DNA of 63,700 bases, filler included, from Pelomyxa schiedti (taxonomy: Eukaryota > Protista > Evosea), in NCBI GenBank assembly GCA_020536535.1. It is 10 parts of 10 records of this genome, joined end to end, with 100 filler letters (N's around TTAATTAATTAA, not from the genome) between each part and the next. Parts side by side here need not be neighbours in the genome. Positions count along the whole stretch, not along the records: positions 12,948 to 42,111 come from JAHLWZ010001012.1; positions 42,212 to 43,387 come from JAHLWZ010002737.1; positions 43,488 to 47,944 come from JAHLWZ010001592.1; 7 more parts are not named here. One strand, 5' to 3'. Shown piece by piece: positions 32,895 to 44,125 of this stretch. The first letter of the stretch is position 1, and the number at the start of each line of letters is the position of its first letter. The position numbers and the translations under genes were made by a program. The notes under the pieces were generated by a model that saw only the letters and a program-made list of their open reading frames with translations, had not been told where the DNA came from and ran no database searches.

Positions 32895-34259
32895 TTAGAA
32901 AAGGTTATGTAGCATTAGAACCAAGCCCAAAACCAGGGTAAATGGCACTAAAGATGATGAGGCACATGGGTATGTTGTGTCAGGGAAAGTGAAGGAAGGG
33001 TAATCAGTTTCACAATAATATGTGTTGGGAGAGCCGGACGTGTAGGTGCGGCAGAATTCAACCCATGGATCCAAATCCCTATGCTGAAGAAGATGGGAAG
33101 CGAGTTTGAATTGAAGGTCAGCAGCTCAGTTAAACTCAGGCCATATACCTTGTATAGGAAATCAAAGTTCAAAGAATTCGGAACAGAACAATCACCTGGG
33201 TAGTCAGACTGGTCATCATAAATCTTGAATGCATTAGATATGTCATTTGCCTTCATTTTTAAAGGTAAATACAGCTCCAGTTACTGCCTTATCGGCATCA
33301 ATGAAAGGGTTATAGTTAGGACATTCATCCCACTCTGGGCACTGAAAAAATGTGAATACCTAATTGGGAATAAGGGAAATCACCTCTTCATTGAGTGCAT
33401 AGTCAAAGTAATCCACTAAGTCCTCTACCTGATCAGGATCGTTCTTTAAAGCGATTGATAGTGCTCGTTTGTGTGCCTCAGTAGCCAGAAACCTCAAAAC
33501 TTAATCTAAGAATAGGAAGAATAAGATAAATGAAACCTGTTGTAATTAAGCTGATCTTCATCGCTAATGTCAAATCCAGTGTCTTCAGCATAGTTATTCA
33601 CATTATCTGGCTCAATTCTAAGGGAAATTCATTTTTCAATATATGTCGTTTGGCTTACCCATCACAGTTTTTTGATACTGCAAAATCCATTCTGCTTGCC
33701 ATGATATCTCTCACCGATTGTTGTCTGATGTCAAGCCACTATAGAATTGTCAAAGAAAATGGTAGAAGCAAGAACAATACCTTTTCCCCCGCCCATCCAT
33801 CCAGCTCCTTTCCAATTGTACAATCAGGGAAGTCATCAGCATCATCTCGCCAATCTTCCCAGGATCCTGCACTGAGCAAAACAGAGAGAAAGCAGTTTAA
33901 GAGTAATTCTTGAACATAACCAAACCCTGCATACCTGAAGTAGCAAATCACTGCTATCCCAGCATCCTGCAGGTCATTAATTGTTGACTGTGGAGTCTCC
34001 CACATGTCCACGTCATACATTGCCACATCAAAGGATGTATCTACAGTGATTTTTTTTTTTTGAACAAAGGTAAGGGGAAAGAGGTACCCAACATATTTTC
34101 AGTATGTTACGTACCAATTGATTCACCGTCTATCTGCCACTGCCAACTGGTGTATGGGTGTGGCACCCACCACCCACTAGAACACATTTTGCAGTTACAC
34201 ATTCGAGCAACTGCAAATAACAATGCACAACAACAAACCACAGTGGTTCTACACTCCAT
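32895..34259 (-). CDS. Glycoside hydrolase family 114 (endo-alpha-1,4-polygalactosaminidase-like), signal peptide and hydrophobic GPI-like tail
   Basis: MECRTTVVCCCALLFAV...WWVPHPYTSWQWQIDG/DTSFDVAMYDVDMW...IAVICYF/SAGSWEDWRDDA...LDGWAGEK/WLDIR...KNCDG/...LKND.DQV.DLVDYFDYALNEE.../...KHRDLDPWVEFC...VPFTLVLGLVLMLHNLF*, the GH114 motif set. Confidence 0.88.
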
Positions 34260-34371
34260 TGCCGTTACGGACTCGGCGAATTTATGGTGAAAAAAACTGT
34301 GCGTTTACGGTTTTGTTTGTGCACCTTTCGCTGTTGATGAGTCTCATCATCACGGAGATGAGATTCACCTC

Positions 34372-35055
34372 ATGGGCCGAAGATTCTACAGAATGGTGTG
34401 GGCCAACGGGCTCTCAGATGCAAAGTGGGAGGAACATTTTCCATTTGATTTCCTCGCACGATCAGAAATCTGTTCAGCAGAATCATCGATAATTTTTTTG
34501 CAGCTGACGGATGTCGTGCGTTACTTGCAACCACACACATTCAGGAGAGTAACTGCTAACACTTTATGTCTCTCTTTTTTCTTCCATCAATCAAGGCGAG
34601 CAACACGATCCGCGGCTACGTCGACGAGTGGCACTGAAAAAACCCAAAAGATTCTGAACGATGTCGAGGAGGTGAAAGGTGTCATGACAAAGAACATTGA
34701 TGTTCTTCTCCAGAACCACGAAAAATTGGAAAACGTGGAAGCAAAATCAAGTACCTGCCACCTTTCCTATCCAACCACAAAAAAAAAAACCTCAATCCTA
34801 ACAAAACAAAATGACCTTTGCTCTTAATACAGGTGAGATGCAACACCACGCCAACGTTTTCAAAAAGCAAGCAACTGCTGTAAAAAAAGAGATGTGGTGG
34901 AAGAACTGCAAGGTTTAATTTTCCCACCCCTTTTTGAATCTTGCTGGTTTGACAACTACCCACAGCTCTGCGTAATTATTATTCTCATTGTAGTTGCAGC
35001 TCTGGCCGCACTCGGCATTTGTGTCATTCTACCAATAGTTCTGAAATTAACCTGA
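34372..35055 (+). CDS. R-SNARE (synaptobrevin/VAMP family)
   Basis: KILNDVEEVKGVMTKNIDVLLQNHEKLENVEAKS/GEMQHHANVFKKQATAVKKEMWWKNCK/LCVIIILIVVAALAALGICVILPIVLKLT*: SNARE helix, WWKN.K and C-terminal TM. The zero-layer residue appears to be non-Arg (QNHEKL). Start uncertain. Confidence 0.85.
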
Positions 35056-35492
35056 ACATACACACACAACCACAACACACACTAGTGTTGAGTAAATAAC
35101 AAAAATACACACTCAATCCCGCAGACACAAGGATGTAACACAGTCACTTTTTTTCCCCTGTTCGCATCTCGTCCTCACACAACAAATCTAAACAGCAACC
35201 AGCATAAACCATTTACCGTAAGGAACACAGATAGACGCTTCCACTTACAAATGTAGATGCGTTCAACAATCTGGTTCGTGAAACCTCACGAAAAAGGTGC
35301 TCTTTTCTCCGGCAATTCCACTATCAACGCACTACTCTTTGACTACTCGTCGAGTCCAGTCCCAGCCCAAAAAACAAACAAAAACGTAATCACTCAAGCA
35401 CCGAACTTCACAAACAGACACACAAGTCGACAAAAGTCACACTTGACTTACTTGGGAGTACAAGCTGAGATTGGTTGGCGTCACATCCCATA

Positions 35493-38400
35493 ATGGCGAG
35501 GCAGAACGTGCTCTGTTACCTCACGTTGTTGTTGTTCTCTCTGGGCTTTTTTATCACGTCGAGGGGTGTGTCTTGTGAGAATTCGTTCACGGGATGCAGT
35601 GTTGTAAGTGGAACAGAAAATTCAGATGTTACTATTTCATTGGAGTGGTCTATGTTGGTGTGTATGCTAACCTCTGTTTTTTTTTTTGGAATTTTTCAGA
35701 CTTACTCTGATTGTTTGTGTAGGAAGGAGCTATGATTGGATTCAGGGTGACTGCCTTATCTGTGGAACGATTGGAAGGTTATGTTGCTGTTGGGGCATTT
35801 GCGTCATCGAGAAACTTGGGATTATTATTTGGAGGTGGACCTGTGGATGTGTGGGTAATATATCCACCTGGCTCTGCGAAGGTTTATTTCCCTTGTCTTC
35901 TGCTATACCTATAACCTTAGTTCTTTTTTCTAGTGCCAGTCTGGTTGTGTGGAAGACAGCTACTTTTCTATGATGAAAATTCACAGAGATGAGAGTAATG
36001 ACCTGTTTAACAGTCGTGTCACTGTATCAGAAGGTATTTCCGCCGAATTATTTCATTCTTTCTAAACCTTTTGAAGACGGTAGGGTTCTGTATGCTGAAT
36101 TTGAGAGGTTCTTCCCTTTACACTTACCCAGGTTTTCTGAGCAAACAATCTAGGAAACTGATTACTGGAGATTCAAAGAATGACTCTCCCATAACTGAAA
36201 ATGGCTCCCGGCTCGTTTGGGCTTACAGAAAGACATCTCTCCCATCCAACGGGAAGATGACACCAACTGACATGGGATTTGCGGATTCCTCTTCGGTTAC
36301 AAACTTCTTCCATTTGCAGAATACTTGCCACACGATGAATCTCGAGAAAACTAGGTTACAAGGAAACCAAAGAATTCCAAGGGCAACAGAAGCGATTACA
36401 TGTAATCAAAATGTTGCGTCATATACATCAACTGATGGGATTGTCTCTCTCTCTTGGTGGCCTACTATCGATGGAGACGCGATGACCTTTGTATTGACAG
36501 GGGCTACTTTAGGTTGGGTTAGTTTGGGTATCAACAACTTATGCAGCATGACCAATGCGGACAAAGTAACTGGGTAAGGAGCTTGCTATTTCTCCTTTCA
36601 ACTAAATCTTTTAAAGATGGGTGGATGACTCAGATAGCACACTCACCATTCTTGATACGTGGTCAACTGGATACTCAGTTCCAGCTCTGGACACTTCACG
36701 CGGAGGAACTGACGATCTCACTCTCACAAGTGGATGGCAGAATGTTACTCATACGCAATTGACATGGACCAGAAAGTTTGACACTGGTGATGATAACGAC
36801 TTTCCACTCATTGACACACCCTATACACTTATGTGGGCTATTGGCCTTGCTGATGGCATTAGTGATACATACTATCGCATTCACCCCTCAGAATCTGCTG
36901 GCGGATATGGCTGTGATACAGTCAACTTCTTTCAATGCGTCAATGTGCAATCAGAGCCTCTCAGTACAAGCGGATCTCTCTCATCCTCTTCATCTCAAGT
37001 ATCATCACTTCCTTCCTCCTTCAGCATCCCCCCGATGGATTGCGATGTTGCCTACGGCTCTTGGACATCACCAAATGGAGTATTTCGGTTAGACTGGTCT
37101 CCAAATGCAGATGATCCAACAAGCAGCATCGACTTCGTCATGACGGGAGAGACTCTAGGCTGGATTAGCTTTGGTCTCAACTCTAGGCTTGCTATGGATA
37201 AGTCTGATAAATACGTTGGCTGGGTGAAGAATGGGGACCTTACACTTATTGACGCCTTTGGAGACGGCTGGAACACCCCAGCAGAGGATACCACAGCAGG
37301 GGGATATGATAACATTCTAAATCGTACTTCCCAATACCCGCTATTTAAATAACTACATTAGAGTTGTTTCACACAGTTAGGAGTTTCTAACTCTTTCTAT
37401 AGCAGTTGGATTTGAAAATGCTACCCACACAGTCATCAAATTTACTCGCTACCTTGATACTGGGGATGAGAAAGATTACGAAATCACTCCTGCTCCCTTT
37501 TGGTTGCTTTGGGCTTGGGACGATAAGGACGGGCTGAGCCCATCAAGTTATCCAGTTCATGGATGGGTTGAAGATGTGGACTACGGAGGAGTAGAACTTG
37601 TATTCTATAATTGCACGCCTCTACCACCACAAGATGACGGTTGGACTTTAATTACTGAGGACCCTGGCCAAGCATTGGCACTGTCTTTTGCAATTGCATT
37701 GATAGTGTTTTGTGCAGTGCGTTACATTTTCATTTCTCTCTCAAAGCCGAAGAAACAAGAAATCGCCCCCATCTACGAGCCAAAACTCAGTGATCAGGAG
37801 GGTGCGGAACAGCCATTGATAACAGGAGTCAGACAGTCCTCTCTTTCCAGATTCCTACTTGTTCTGTACACTCTGACATCAAGGAGAGCTTTTGGATTGT
37901 GGTCTTTTTGGGCTCTTTTCCTCCTCCTTTTGTATATTTTGGCGAACTTTGCATGGGCAGTTTGTTGGATTCTTATTCCCTGGAAAGACTCTTCTCCACC
38001 ACCTGCACTGTCAGAGCGAGCTGCAAGAACTTTTGGAGATCTTGCAGCCGCCAATATGATGCTCACCATTTTGCCAGCTACTCGTAACTCCCTCCTTATG
38101 CTCTTTTTGCACACTCCATTTGACCGTACACTGCAATTCCATCGCTTTATGGGATGGTGGACTTTCTTTCTGGTTGCCCTTCACGCAGTTTGTTTCGCAG
38201 TGGCAAGGGCAGGGAGCATTTCATTCCAGACCCGGCAAGTATATGGCTTTGTATCTGCAGTCTGCTTGTTGATTGTGGTAATTACTGCCCTCCCACCTTT
38301 CAGAAGACGAGCATTCAGCTTCTTCTACTTTATGCACTTCTTCTTTGTGCCAACATTTCTGCTTGCCGCTGCACACAATCGTTCCGTACAGCCCTTCTTC

Positions 38401-39423
38401 TGGACAGCATTAGGTATTTACTTGCTGGACCGAGTATTGAGATTTGTGTGGTGCATACCAACAAAAGCAAGCAAGGTCGCAGTTCTAGACGAATGTAATC
38501 TACATTTCTTCTTCCTCACTTACTTATAAATAAATAGCCACGGCAGTAGTTCAATGGCCAAAACGCAAATTGGGATACTATACACTTGGCCAATACGTAT
38601 TCGTTAACTTCCCACAACTCAGTCCCTTGGAGTGGCACCCCTTTTCAGTCACATCCAGTCCGAAATGCCCACACTGCGAGGTTCATATCAAGGCCCTAGG
38701 TCATCACACGCAAAGTATTGTCAAGTTCATTTCGAATCACACCACCGGAGAAGGCCTCAATTCTGATGAGCGCACTAGTGCCGCAAAAAAGCTGTGGATT
38801 CGCGTGGATGGGCCTTACGGCCACTTAATGATTCCAATCAGGTCGTACCCTGTGGTATCAATTCTTGCCATGGGCGGCATTGCAATCACCCCAGCCTTGT
38901 GCATCCTTAGGTAATACTCCTTCACTTTTCTTGCATACTGCAAGCAGTTTTAATATTCATGCAGAGACCTCTACGGCGTTGACTCTGCAAAGAAGCCGCA
39001 GAACGGCTCTGTAGAAGTCATTTACTTATCCTGGGGCGTTAGAGAATTCCGGCAGTATCAAATACTCGAACCCGTTCTTGGGGAATTTCTCAAACAAGAA
39101 CACCCCAGGCTCTTCCTAACAGTCTATATCGAAGTAGCAGCCCCTGAACAAGAACTCAGAGCCGCAAGTAGTGGCACAGGTTTCCCAATACATGCAATAA
39201 TATTCTTACACTTACATAACCCCCAACAGGATTGAGTTTCAAATCAGGGTGGATGAAACCACAGCAAGTTTTGACCACAGTTGCACAAAATCACATGACG
39301 TCACCAATTGGTGTGTGCGCATGTGGCCCGGCTGCTGCAATTCAACAAGCATGGGACTGCTGCACAAGTGTTTCTTGTAAAGGCCACAGGATGGACTTCC
39401 ACTTTGAGTCATTCATGATGTAG
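35493..39423 (+). CDS. Multi-DOMON + ferric-reductase-like transmembrane + FAD/NAD(P)H-binding protein (FRE/NOX superfamily)
   Basis: Signal peptide; two clear DOMON domains (GWVSLG..SMTNAD..W...FDTGD.ND...LMWAIG...YRIHP; GWISFG..AMDKSD..YLDTGDEKD...LLWAW...YPVHG) and a divergent first one. Then FHRFMGW...LH and FYFMH...AAH heme histidines, GQYVFV...EWHPFSVTS (FAD), VDGPYG, GGIAITP, CGP and a terminal FHFESF. Confidence 0.88.
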
Positions 39424-39593
39424 AGTAGCTAACACCCACATCACTCTGTAATTTTTTATTTTTGTTATTTCATTCTTGGAACAGGAAATTTGTTTTGTGA
39501 TCCCACTCTGTTAGAACAAAAAAAAAAAAACTTGCCGTTGCGTTGACAGGGTGTTGTGTTGTGACACCCGAAACACGAAGAGGGGACTTTTGT

Positions 39594-40144
39594 CTAGGTG
39601 GGGAGCTCAGCTATGGTCATGCCAGTGCAGGAAATCAAGTCCTCTTCACAAAACGTCTGTGACGAAGTGAGGGAACTAAGGAGGCAAGATCAAATAAACC
39701 TTGTGACAAGTAAGACACTTGGAGGAGCGACTGTTGAAGAGGCACTCAAGTTTGCAGTGAAGCATTGAACATTCTTGGGAACGATTTAAACTGAGAGAGG
39801 GTAATTCCATACAAGTACGCACTGATGTCGTCGGCGAAGCAGACAGAACACTCGGGAGATATTCCAACACTTTCCGTAACGCACTGCAGTTCACAGCCCT
39901 CGTCTTTCATCAGGCATTTTCTGAATGGAAAGTCGGGTCACATGGAAACGATACAGCGTTCAGTATAACCTGGCACACTTCTCCAATTCTGCAAACAGTT
40001 AGATGGGAGAAAAGGATGAAAATTCTTACGTTTATGTAAGTCCGCGTCGCTGTGAATGGTGGCTCTATCTTGTTTGTTGCAATCAGTGCAAATGGCGCAC
40101 ACAAACCAGAGGCCAAGACAGAAGAAAACGCTCTGAGCCCTCAT
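39594..40144 (-). CDS. Small secreted cysteine-rich protein, spliced
   Basis: MRAQSVFFCLGLWFVCAICTDC.../FAELEKCAR/KCLMKDEGCELQCVTESVGISPECSVCFADDIS.../CLFNSRSSKCLTCHK/TFCEEDLISCTG...*, about 12 Cys. Confidence 0.65.
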
Positions 40145-40354
40145 TCGAGATCTTGTTGAGTCACCAAGATCGCACTGCACACCCAGCGAAAAAAAATGAG
40201 ATTTTGTTCTTTGGCCACTCTGTTCAGCTTAAAAAAAACCGTGCCGGGGAGTGATGCCAACTTGTGACATCTTCCCGGCAGACAAATTCTCGCCAACAAA
40301 ACGAAACCGCTTAGCAGATCTCCCTTATCATCATTTTTTTTATTTAATCAAGCC

Positions 40355-41725
40355 ATGTCACTACAGGCCACCAGTGCGCAGACCGCGGCTTATGTCGCAC
40401 CGCAACCACCGCCGTCCATAACCGATATACACGCGTTGGTATGATTTGTTGTTACTCGGTTTTTTTTTTCCCCCTTCACACGTTGCATGGTTTCTAACTT
40501 CGTAAGTAGGTGTTGGACCTCACTAATCCGGAGAAGAGGGAGTTGGCTTTGCTGGAGCTGAGTAAAAAAAGAGAAGCCGTTCCGGAATTGGTAGACATAA
40601 GTCGGGTGACGTGTATTGACGCATGTTAGGCGCCCATCTTGTGGAATTCATTTGGGACGATTGCGTCCTTACTCCAGGAGATTGTATTTATCTATCCACT
40701 TTTATCACCACCAAAATTAAAAGCGCAAGCCTCAAACAGGTACTTCCTTTAGTTTTGGAAATTCTGTTCGACTTTTTTTTAACGGACTACACCAGAGTAT
40801 GCAATGCCCTTGCTCTCTTGCAATGTGTGGCCCAACACCCTGAAACAAGACCTGCTTTCTTAGATGGTGAGAGTATTCCTTCTTTATCCTAAACTCATCT
40901 CCTTTTCTGTTCTTCCCAAAAAAGCACATATTCCCCTGTTTTTATATCCATTTTTGAACACTGTAAGCAAAGCAAGGCCTTTTGAGTATCTGCGATTGAC
41001 CAGCCTGGGTGTTATAGGGGCTCTTGTAAAGGTACTCTTATGTAGCCCCGCTCCTCTGACTTCTTGCAAAGGTGGACGACGCGGAAGTTATATCATTTCT
41101 GCTTACCACAGAAATCATACCACTATGTCTGAGAATAATGGAAACCGGAAGCGAGTTATCAAAGACAGTGGCCACATTTATTGTACAGAAAATACTTCAA
41201 GATGAAAACGGATTGAACAACTACATTTGTGCGACATATGAGAGGTAGGTAGTAACCCCTAGCATCATAAACTTATTCGGTACAGATTTAGTGCTGTAGC
41301 TACCGTTCTGGGAAATATGGTCAATGCTCTTGCAGATCAACCTTCTAGCCGGCTGTTGAAGCATATTATTCGGTGCTATGTTCTTCTCAGTGAAAACGCC
41401 AAGTATGGTTGCCCTTCTTGGATTTAATTCGTTTAAGTGACTTCAATGGTTCAGTGCAAGGGATAACCTAAGCAGCATGCTCCCCGTATCTTTCCTTGAC
41501 GGAACAGTAGTGAAATACCTCAGCAAAGATGATAAGGATCCACTCACAAGAAAGTGGTTGAACACCCTTCTTGTAAACGTGAATGCACCAGCACAGGTCG
41601 CCAATGCCTACTCACTCAACACAGCCCCACAGCCGCAACCAAACGCACAACCACAACTGCAACCCCAACCACAGGCACAGATTCCCCTACAGACAATTCA
41701 GCAACCACAGCTCCTACGGAGATGA
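40355..41725 (+). CDS. CNOT9: CCR4-NOT subunit 9 (RCD1/CAF40)
   Basis: [105 protein letters not shown]. Confidence 0.97.
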
Positions 41726-42111
41726 AGCAGCACACCCACAACAATTTTTGTTTGTAGCCTTGTAAAAAACACCGAGTTTTTTAAATGAAAAACAAACCTT
41801 TTCGTCTAAAGAAGTAATTACTTCCACAAGTAGTTAGAAGCCATCTAATTCTTAAAAAAATGATAGTGTCTGTGGAAGGGTGGTATTTCTTTATGTTGGT
41901 GTTTTGGGGATGAGAGCAGGAGAGTGCACACATGACAGTGTGTGGAGCTGTTCCTCGATGTGTAGCGACTGCATTGCTGCTGTGTTCTCTGTCTGTGGGA
42001 GTTGATCCCACGACCCCTGGTCGCCAGTGATACCGTCTGTAGCCAATAGTAATACCACTGCACCACATCCTCGACAGCCACAACAAATGGGTCAGCATCC
42101 CACACAACATG

Positions 42112-42211
42112 NNNNNNNNNNNNNNNNNNNNNNNNNNNNNNNNNNNNNNNNNNNNTTAATTAATTAANNNNNNNNNNNNNNNNNNNNNNNNNNNNNNNNN
42201 NNNNNNNNNNN
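42112..42211. other. Artificial assembly linker 7
   Basis: N44-TTAATTAATTAA-N44. Confidence 0.99.
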
Positions 42212-43349
42212 CATCCCACAATACAATGGTATCTGTGGTGCCAGTCACTTCCGGTTCCTCGAAGGTTGGCACTGTTCCCGTGTCCCATGTTCCACGCTGG
42301 CAAGGTGGTTCGCAGCAGGTATTCTGGAACGTGGTGATTGCCACTGATGGCTGTGTGGCCGCAAACACCTCGCACTTCTGGGAGTAGTCCCAGAAGTTGC
42401 GCGAGAACGCACAAAAGTGGCTGCCCCCGACAGTGTATACAGCGTGGCCTTGTGGGAACCTGTACAGCGCCCCCGACTCCACGCAAAAGAGCATGCGCCC
42501 CTGCACAGAAAGCGGCTGCAGGACCACATAAAGCACCCCACCCACTTCCAAGAAGTCGGATGCATAGTGGTACTCGGTGCTGCAATTCACGCTTCTCTCA
42601 CTGAGCACGGCCAGCGATCTAGACGCCAGCGTTGCTCTCAAATCGACACACAAGATGAAAGGCGAGCCTTTCTCATCGTCGTTCTTGTGCTTGTAACAGA
42701 ACAGCATCAATACATCGGTCCCCCTTTGGTAGCTGAACCTCGCCAGCGTTACCTCGATTCCATTATCTTCATCAATCACGAGTGTCGGATTGCGAGTAAC
42801 TAATGCCCCCAAGCCACTTTCATTGACTTTCCAAATTACCAACTTCGAGCCATACACCACCATCCACCTGTCATTGCAACACACACTCATTTCTGGGTCT
42901 TCACCCACATACTCCACACAGCGCTCTCCACCAAGGCCACTCACCTGCATCGACTCCCCTGATTGTGTCACGATGTGACTCGATCCAATGCTACCGCAAC
43001 AACGGTGACTCAGGATCCCCAATGACGCATCGGTATCAAACCACCCACTGTCGACAACCCCCAGGGTGTGAGACACCCTCACCCATAATTGCCTCTGCTT
43101 GGACGGCCACACCCAGTCGCCCTCATCCTCCCCGTCGCCATTGCAGTCGCCTTCGCTGGTGTTTGCTGTTGTGAATGTGAGGGCACAGAGCCTGGCTGGG
43201 GACGTGACCCACCGGTGTGACAGCAGTCTCATCAGCGTTGGTATGCTGGTGATTGACCTTGTGGGGCTTTGCGACCCACACCTCGTGTGTCCTCCCATCA
43301 AAATCGCGACGAGTTGCCCTCGTGCTTCGATGCGCGGTTCTACTTCCAT
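42212..43349 (-). CDS. Lineage-expanded hypothetical protein (ARGQLVAILMGGHTRCG family), intronless, 3' runs into gap
   Basis: Open for ~379 codons from MEVEPRIEARGQLVAILMGGHTRCGSQSP; same motif class as 3683-5005. Confidence 0.8.
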
Positions 43350-43387
43350 GAAGATACTGATATTAAAACTGCGCTTGTGTGTTGTTT

Positions 43388-43487
43388 NNNNNNNNNNNNN
43401 NNNNNNNNNNNNNNNNNNNNNNNNNNNNNNNTTAATTAATTAANNNNNNNNNNNNNNNNNNNNNNNNNNNNNNNNNNNNNNNNNNNN
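43388..43487. other. Artificial assembly linker 8
   Basis: N44-TTAATTAATTAA-N44. Confidence 0.99.
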
Positions 43488-44125
43488 GTGAGACGGTGAT
43501 TGCCACTGTGCCGAGACATGATGATTGCATGAAATCAAGGAAGGTGAGAAAGTTGTGAGAAAGTGTGAGAATGAATCAGCACTGAAGATACTATTAGGAC
43601 CGGGTGCACTCTTGGTTTTAGAGACGACTCCATTTTTATCGATTTCCGGGCACCCTGAAGAGTACGAAAACTCCGCGGTTTGTTTCCTTACGTTTTTTCC
43701 CTCTCGCTGACCCCCCGAAAGGACCCCACGGTTTCGATGTTATTATTGATTGACTCCGGCAAGCAACACCCACTAGTCACATCACATCCTTACAGTCAGC
43801 AGATCCAAAGCATACTAGCATTATTACATCAACACCCCACCCGTTAAAACCAGCCACACGGTACAGATACACCACCACACTCCAAAAAGAGAAACAAACC
43901 CAATAATTTCGTTTCGTTTCCCGTTTGCCGCTGTTCCTTTTTGTCAGCTAAAACGCCAGTGGGAGTGAAAACCAAAGTCAGAAGAAAAGAAGGCTTTTTG
44001 TTACAACAGATAAACTATTATAGCTGGCGGTATGAAGGATGTTTACACTAATAGTGTCCAGAGGCACTCGCTCTCGTTGTTATTATCTTATGTGGGGACC
44101 CCCGAGAAAAGCAAGTCAAGCACTT

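Noticed and set aside
41781-42220. Join of the ORF across linker 7 via a 9-nt overlap (CATCCCACA; TIVLWD/ADPF)
   Set aside because: The overlap is too short to prove contiguity; left as two fragments.
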